A DNA stretch of 64,000 nt, from NCBI RefSeq assembly GCF_009914755.1, contig NC_060937.1. One strand, given 5' to 3'. The stretch is from the human T2T-CHM13v2.0 reference genome, Homo sapiens. The notes beneath the pieces are model-generated. The model ran no database searches. It worked only from the letters and a program-made list of their open reading frames with translations, and was not told the DNA's origin. Numbering within the stretch: the first letter of the stretch is position 1; the number at the start of each line of letters is the position of its first letter. The position numbers and the translations under genes were made by a program. Positions 55,637-64,000 of this stretch are shown here, in pieces.

Positions 55637-56364
55637 TCTAGTACTTCTGAGAATTTTCCTATAATAATAGAAGGATCTAGAAAACTTTAGATAGTTTAAA
55701 GACCCATAGTTAGCATCGGAGAAAAAAAGCAATTAACCAGTTAAAAATTATGCTTCCATCTATATTTCTATTCCTTAGTACCTTTTAAGTAAAAGCTCCT
55801 ATCTTATTTAAAGGATTACATGTTGAGTCTGGGTCACTGATATGAAAGGCAAGAATCGGAACATACTTTAAGAAAAGCGAACACTTTATTTACTTAATGA
55901 AAGTTGCTAAGTCAGAAGTTTAATCCATAACACAAATAGATTTTTATTTATGATGAATACAAAAAAAAGTCCCCTCAATTTAGAAACTAATTGTACTGTT
56001 TTGGCTTTGTGGCATTTATTTCCTTTTCCCCTGTTTTTTAAAACTATTGAGAGTAACAAGTTAGAGAAAGTGAATGTTAGCTATTTTGGCCAAAAGTTTA
56101 ATAAGAACGATTTCAGTTAATAGTGACCTTAAGGTTTGAGGATTATTTCTGGATTCCAGGGATTTATGTTTTGTTTGCCCCCCGCTTCATCATACTAATT
56201 GAGAAATGTGTGTGCACGAACTTCAACTCTTAAACCATAACTTCAGTGGAACACAGAAAAAAATACTCTAGAACTTATACCCCTGCTGTTTCCGTACCAC
56301 AATTAAATAAAGACTGCATTACAGGCTATTGTGTGTGCTTCATAAGAGAAGCTCTTCACTTTTT

Positions 56365-56556
56365 AAAAACTGCAAATTGACAATTTATAATTATATAAAT
56401 TTATGGGGTATAAAGTGATGTTATGATTCATGAATAAAATGTGGACTAATTAACATCTATCACCTCAAGTACTTAACATTTTCTGTAGTGAGAACTTTAG
56501 AAATATTCTCTTAACAATTTTGAAGTGTACAATACTCTATTATTAATTATATTCAC
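56365..56556 (-). mobile_element. L1MA-type 3'-terminal fragment just downstream of exon 4
   Basis: atttatggggtataaagtgatgttatg...ctaattaacatctatcacctca...gtgagaactttagaaat...tacaatactctattattaa. Confidence 0.8.
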
Positions 56557-56592
56557 TTTTAAATGCTTCACTGAATGAGCCTTGGCTCTTAC

Positions 56593-56746
56593 CTAGGACC
56601 TCAGGTGGCTCAGACTGGAGGCCTTCTGGCTGCTGGCCCTGCAGCACGTTGAGCAGGGCTTGGAGACTCCTGAGACACAGGGATGGATGAGAAAATCGTG
56701 TCTCTTTGATCAATTCAAAAACTTCACAAAGGCCAACCTCAATAAT
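56593..56746 (-). CDS. MYCBP2: MYCBP2 coding exon (approx. exon 4), 154 nt, IIEVGLCEVF...SEPPEVL
   Basis: Manual minus-strand translation IIEVGLCEVFELIKETRFSHPSLCLRSLQALLNVLQGQQPEGLQSEPPEVL. Acceptor ttttaaatag|ATT, donor CTAG|gtaaga, phase 0-1. Not present in the ORF track. Matches recalled MYCBP2 N-terminal sequence. Confidence 0.96.
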
Positions 56747-57752
56747 CTATTTAAAAGGAAAAAATATATATACTTTATGACATGTAAGCTAGTAACACTT
56801 TCTAAGCAGTTTAGTTGGTACAAGTTACTTCCACAGCAAATGATAATGTATATGTATAATGGAGCCATAATAAAACATCATGAAAATGGCTTATAACAAT
56901 GAACTAGAGACTAGATTGCATTCACTCAGAAGAAATAAACTATATTAATTTGCAAAGTTCATTTGATTGTACTCAAGGAAAATTCAGTACTCTTTTTGTC
57001 AAAAGTCATGTTAATTGTTACCTATAACCAGAAATAAAGTCAACACAGCACATATAGTAAAAAGATTTTATAAGGAGCTTTTCGTCTTAGCCTTTTCTAT
57101 AATGGTACAATCACTATATTATTATTTATAGTTGGTATCCCTTCTTGTAGGATGATCACAAAACAATTTAAAACTGCTTAGCTAAAAATATCACTGGTAC
57201 TTTTCCTTTAATTATCTTACTATTCCTCATCAGGTGCAAGAAAAATCAGACTCTATATCCAGCAAAAGAGATAAATTTGTTACTAAAGATTGAGAGAGCA
57301 AATTGCAATGAATGAGTTTAAGGATATACCTTCATAAGACTGATAAAACAAAAGACAAATTCCATTTCTCAGGCAATGTCAACATTCTGAGAACCAGTTC
57401 AAGAAGTATTAATTAAATTGTTTGGAGAAGTAACAGAAAAATTGAAATAAGACTAATTAGTAGAAACTCCCAAAACCATTAATTCTATTGAACACAACAG
57501 TGGAAGAATATTCTCTCTGCTGATATTTTTGCATTAATTCATATATTACATAAATACCTCCTAAGCACTCATATTGTGCAAACTCACTTTAGGAAATATG
57601 AAGGTATACTAGACCCTGTCCTCTAAGAGTTTATAATCTAATAGGGTAAATTAGTCATGCTATATAATTCATACTCAATACAGACCTCTGTTATAGCATT
57701 TATTACATTACAGTATAACTATTTTTGTTTTCATTTTCCCAACCATGTTGGG

Positions 57753-57831
57753 ATCTTCCAATATACAAGGAACATGTCTTAAACGGCTTGTATTATCTTC
57801 CAATATACAAGGAACATGTCTTAAACGGCTT
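57753..57831. repeat. Perfect 37-bp direct duplication with a 5-bp spacer
   Basis: atcttccaatatacaaggaacatgtcttaaacggctt at 57753-57789 and 57795-57831. Confidence 0.97.
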
Positions 57832-59963
57832 AATACCTCCCATGCCTAGCCAATTACCTAGCATATGGTAGGCACACATTAAATATTTGTTTAATTTATT
57901 CACTAAATTGTTTGCTAAAAAACCACTGCATCTCAGAAATACATTTTCTAAACCAGAAGCAAGTCGGCTGAAGGTAAGTCAATTGTAGTTCTGATTAACA
58001 TTTACAAGTTTTCTGGAAACAACAGATATAGCTAAGAAGTCAAATAACTAGGAGGACTGTCTTTGGAGAAGTTATCTAAAATGCTAACAGACTTGATTAT
58101 AGCTAATATTACAGAAGAGTCTGCATAGAGTTTCAATTGATTAAACACATTAAGTGATTAAACTTTCACATTTGATATAGTTTCTTTTCCTGGAATGGAC
58201 TAGAAAACAAGAACATGCTGTCCAAGATTTCCATCTGCTTATGTACTTACAGGAAAGAGAAATGTGAAGTCAAAGATCTCCAGAGTACAAAATATGGGGC
58301 TCTATTCTCAAGCCAATGGAAGACTACTATATTCTGTCATTCTTTCAGATTGCTTACTCTGCTACCAACCATGATTTTTCATAAATCCAAGAGGATTTTT
58401 CACAGATGACATTTTTGGCTAAGGTTCATTTATTATAGATACAGTTTCCTACGGTGACAACGGAATTATTGAACCTTGCCAGAAACAGTAAGACTGCCTA
58501 ATGAACAGGTTCTTGATCTCTCTGGTAAGTTTAAGGTGTAATAACAAGTGAATGGCAATAGGCAACTCAGGTGGGCTGCCTAGAAACAGAGCTAGCCGGT
58601 TTTAGTGAGACTGGCCCATAAAACTTTGGTCACAATGATGATAGGGAACTCTTCATCTGTCTGGGTTAAACACTGTGAGAGTCTCACTAATTATCCACAT
58701 CTTGGTTCATTGTAGACTTTTTGTTTAACAAATGGGAAAACATTCATTTTCAGAATAGTAATATATATTCAATACACAACAAAAATCAACCTCAAGTTCT
58801 GCAACTATTAAAGAATTTTTAATATTTAGCTATGGATTATTGCACAGAGGTAACAGACATGTTCTTAAATAAGTCTTTTTCTGCTGTTTGGCTAAGTATA
58901 AAGTATTTTACCAAAAGTTTGAACTTTGAAAGTAGACTTTAAAACAGTTTGAAGTCTTATAGTCAATGAAAACACATATTTCTCCCTCCTTCAGTATCAG
59001 GAAGGAAGAGTGTAAGGAGAAAAAATATAGTCCTGCCAATATAGTATTATTTCATTTGTGTGTAAAAAACATTTTAATGTGTACATAGAAAAAATGACAA
59101 AAGAAATAAAAATGTTTATATTGGGGTATATTTTGGTTAATGGTATTTCAAATATTACTTCCGATTTTTAATACCTCTTTAGAAAAATGTTCTGATTTTT
59201 CAAATCATCTACAATAAATATGTATAATTAGCAAAATAAATAAATGTGATATTTAATAAAAATAATAATTATAACAATAAAAGAACACAAGAAGCTTCAA
59301 TACTTTCCATAACGAACTATAACTAATTACCCAACACATGCTTTCGCACTTCTCTTCAGAAAATAGTCTTTTGTAAATTTACTGAATTTTACCTTTACTG
59401 CTGCTCTCAAATAATTAAATTTTGAAGGTTATCTATCATATTTGAAAGATAAAGAAACATGAAGCCCAAATAATTACCTGATACAGCCAGTCTAATATGC
59501 TAGGAAAGTGAGATAAAAATATATTTGGCCAAAGAAAAATGATATATAAAGAGTCTTTCAAGGTTTTATTTTGCCCTTCTCAAATCATATATTTCCAAAC
59601 GTGACTTTATTATTTCATGACTAAGTGTGATCATAAAAGTTTAGTTACATCACATTTGGATTTAATAATTAATTCTTTACCCTTAAAAATTGTATCTTGT
59701 TTAGTTAAAAGGTCCTAAAATCACTTCCTATACTTTTATATTTGAAAAAGCTCAAAAGGAAATCAAAATTATATTTACATATTACCATAGAGTGAAGTAT
59801 ACTGTCTTTTAAAATTGTTTGTATAAAGCAAATATTTGGTACAGAGATAATATCTACAAATAATAAAAAATTTAAAAATCTAGAGACAGAGAAAAAAGGA
59901 GGGGGAAGAGGCAGCAGCAGAAAGAGAGGAGGAGAAGGCTAAGATGGAGAATTCTGAATGTGA

Positions 59964-60300
<337 letters not shown>

Positions 60301-60469
60301 CTAACAAATTTATCTATGACTACTACCATCTTCTTCCCTTCTCTTCACACTCAGAGGAAGAGAACTTTTCAAAACTTTTCAACTTTTCAAAGCTATTTTT
60401 TCAAACAATGTTCTTGATCCCACCCCCTCCGATCTCTCACAGAAATTTGTTTCAACTTGTGCCTACATA

Positions 60470-61340
60470 GTGATAACTCCCAAATCTATTTTTCTAGCTG
60501 ACACTTATTTTTTGAACTTCAGCCCTACATAGCACACACTGGATACTTCACATTTACCTCAGAATCAGCATGTGAACTAAACTTGATCATCATTTCAGCC
60601 AAGCACTGTTCCTCATCCAGTATTCCCTCTTTCAGTAAAGGCCCTCACCACACAAAACCTTTAAGAATATCTTTAGATTCTGCCTTCTTTTTCAGTCGTT
60701 ATAGCCAATTTATTACTAATTCCTGTCAATTCTGCTTAACATTTCCTATATTCAAAACACTGTCACTACCATAATTCCAACCCTCATTAACACTCTCTAG
60801 ACAACTGCAATAACTGCCTAAATGGTTCCTCTGTCTCCAGTCTCACTCACCACCCTGTAGTTATGGATATGCCTTACTAACCGGAGTACAAAGTTACTTA
60901 CTAACTGGAGTACAAAGTTACTTACTTACTGGAGTACAAAGTTACTCCAGTGTTAGTAAGGCATATTCATAACTACAGGGTGGTGAGTCTGATGCAATCA
61001 TGCAAGTCTGATGATATTCTTTTGCTTAAAATCTTCAATATTTACTAATTATGAGATAACATCTGAATCAATTACATGGCACATAAGGCCCTTCATGATT
61101 TAGCTTCCTGCTCTCTCTCTCTTGCTCTATCTCAGCCAGTGTTGAGTCCTTTCTCTAACGTGTTCCACTATATCTAGCACTCCCTATCAATCCTTAAGGC
61201 ACTAGAGAATATTTATTGACCTGGTTCTTATCCCTACAAGACAATGCTTTCTTGAGGGCAGGAATTATGTCTCATCCTTTTGTTCTCAGGACCTAATATA
61301 ATGCTGGCTACAAATTCAAAAAGAATATACTGAATTAAGA
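60470..61340. mobile_element. Degenerate L2 LINE fragment (hosts the palindrome)
   Basis: L2 motifs aactcccaaatctatttttctagc, tcctgtcaattctgctt, tttgcttaaaatcttcaa, aaggcccttcatgatttagc, tttcttgagggcaggaattatgtct. Confidence 0.7.
60845..60988. repeat. Inverted repeat (37-bp arms, 1 mismatch) enclosing three tandem 24-mers
   Basis: Arms at 60845-60881 and 60952-60988; unit CTTACTWACYGGAGTACAAAGTTA at 60873, 60897 and 60921. Confidence 0.97.
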
Positions 61341-61450
61341 AAGAAATGATCCTAGGTAAGTCTAAATCTTTTAATAATGTGGCATGACTGGCTTCAAATG
61401 GGTTCAGATGGGAAATATGACTTCTAAGCGTTACTATTTAAAAATTATGC

Positions 61451-61763
61451 ACCAGGCACGGTGACTCCTGCCTGTAATCCCAGTACTTTGGAAGGCTGAG
61501 GCGGTCAGACTGCTTGAGCTCAAGAGTTCGAGACCAGCCTGGGCAATCTGGCAAAACCCCATCTCTACTAAAAATACAAAAAGTATCCTGGGGTGGTGGC
61601 AAACACCTGTAGTCCCAGCTACATGGGAGGCTAATGTGGGATGATCACTTGAGCCCAGGAGGCGGAAGTTAACGGTGAGCTGAGATCACGCCACTGCACT
61701 CCAGCCCCAGTGACAGAGCCAGACCCTGTCTCAAAATGAAAATAAAAACAAAAATAATAAAAA
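61451..61763 (+). mobile_element. Old Alu (J/S-type), full length
   Basis: Dimeric Alu; TSD aaaattatg. Confidence 0.9.
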
Positions 61764-62569
61764 TTATGTAGCTATAAAATCTGTAAAGTTTTAGAGGATG
61801 TAGATTTTAGTGACAGTTTGAGCTGGTTAAAAAACTTAATGTAGAAGCATTCAGGGAATAGAAAGCTCGTTTAAATACATCAATGATTACTGATCCGCAA
61901 AACACAAAAACAAAAGCAAAAAGCAAAAGGGTGACAATCAAGGTCTATATAACAGTCAAACTCAATTTATTAGTAACTAAATAATAATTTAAAACTCAAG
62001 AATGGGAAAAATAAAACTGTATTACAACAACACTTCAACAACAGATTAAAAACTGTCTTAATCATGTTAAGGAAAAAAAAAAAAGAGTACGAGAAACAGA
62101 AACCTCAGGCAAGAAGGAATGGGACAGCCACACACTTAGGAGGAGCAACAGAGGAACAAAGAAAAGGAGCAAACTAGGATAATAGCAGCATTTGGGGCTG
62201 AGGCACAGAGAAGGTCAAAGGGAAAAGAAAAATGCCAACATTTCCCACTTGCCTTCAAATCCCATCACCTCAAACCTTAAGAGACTAATTTCGTCCTCAG
62301 TGTCAATCCTTCATGTCATGGAAATGGCTGCCAAAAAATATCACCTGAAAGTTTCACTCCCCACCCATAGTATCTGCTTGCCTCTGCATAGAGGCATCTC
62401 ATCACTTCTTCCTCTCTTTACCTCTCATTCATCAGGTGATTGCACTGATTCTCTAGAAGTTTCATTTGCTTGCATAATTTTTTTAATAAACTGAAGAGTT
62501 CCTTGACAAGTAACTCAAATTCATTTGCACCTACACATTTTCTTGTTTGCACCTAAACTGACACTTACA

Positions 62570-62800
62570 ACTATATATATCATTTACCGAGCACTTCTTT
62601 CTGCCAGGTACTGTTCTCTCAAGCACTCAACATCCATTAATTCATTTAAATTGTCACTACAACCCTATGAGGTAGATGCAACCCCCAATCTATAGATGAC
62701 AAAACTGAGGCACGGATGTGTCAAATAACTTCCAGTGTCACATAGCTAGTAATTTTAATGGTGTTTGAACCCCAGCAGTTTGGCTCCATAACCCATGCTA
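62570..62800. mobile_element. MIR SINE
   Basis: atttaccgagcactt...tgccaggtactgttct...caaccctatgaggtag...tagatgacaaaactgaggcac...tttgaaccccagcagtttggctcca. Confidence 0.75.
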
Positions 62801-63227
62801 ACCCTGTTTGCAGACAGGTCAGTACTTGGTAGAAAATTCAGTATTAATCACTTGGGCTATCTGATCTTCTTTAATTTTCTTTGAAAGATACCCCTTTGAC
62901 TCTGTTAATTATGCTGCAAAAGGTTATCTTAAGAATGCCTGATATTTCATTTAATACTCACTAATCCTGATGTTTTTAAACACCCTAGGAATCCATTGTT
63001 CTTGTTTATGCAATTTAATTTGAACTACAGTTTACTATTCAAAATCTGCATACCTGTGTAAAAAATTTACCCAGGCTTTTGTTTTCTCTCACAATATTGA
63101 ACTTAAGTAGCACAATTACTATAATACAGTGTGACTCACACATACACAGAATTGGTATTCTAACTAAAAAGTAAATTATACAAGTCCTCCAGCCCTACGT
63201 CCTAACTCAACTATGTTTTTTATCTCA

Positions 63228-63920
<693 letters not shown>

Positions 63921-64000
63921 CTATGAAATATGAAGCAAGCCATCTGCCGAGAATAAGGTGAGAAGAACCTGACAATATGATTAAGGATGGTGGTGTACTT

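Noticed and set aside
58443-58590. RFX X-box-like motifs (gtttcctacggtgac, taggcaac, gctgcctagaaac)
   Set aside because: Each deviates from the consensus or is a half-site, which is too weak without chromatin data.
60873-60944. Three 24-bp direct repeats as a CRISPR-like array
   Set aside because: The repeats are contiguous with no unique spacers, there are no cas genes, and the context is a human intron.

Overview
Human genomic DNA (a near-consensus AluYa5 and primate L1PA/THE1 elements fix the species) lying entirely inside MYCBP2 (PAM/Phr1/Highwire/RPM-1 family giant E3 ligase) on the minus strand. I resolved 17 consecutive coding exons by hand, all with GT-AG boundaries. They splice into one open frame of 2345 nt running IIEVGLCEVF...HGDVNS, which by my recollection of the reference is exons 4-20, about aa 199-980. 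This covers the N-terminal helical region, the first RCC1-like repeats, a Cys-rich plus basic insertion and the start of the second RCC1-like block. Neither the start nor the stop codon is in the window. The introns hold about 19 Alu/FLAM elements, several L1 pieces, LTRs, DNA-transposon MITEs, L2/MIR relics, microsatellites and a U2 snRNA fragment. I found no new gene or multi-gene system. The most notable unexplained structures are a 144-bp palindrome enclosing a triplicated 24-mer (60845-60988), an L1 with a probable 3' transduction (22243-23741), a U2-antisense tract just after exon 15, an Alu-tail (AAAGG)n repeat, inverted Alus bracketing symmetric exon 17, and a 13-Cys module inserted in the RCC1-like domain. 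Repeat subfamily names and exon numbers come from recalled consensus sequences, not from a search.
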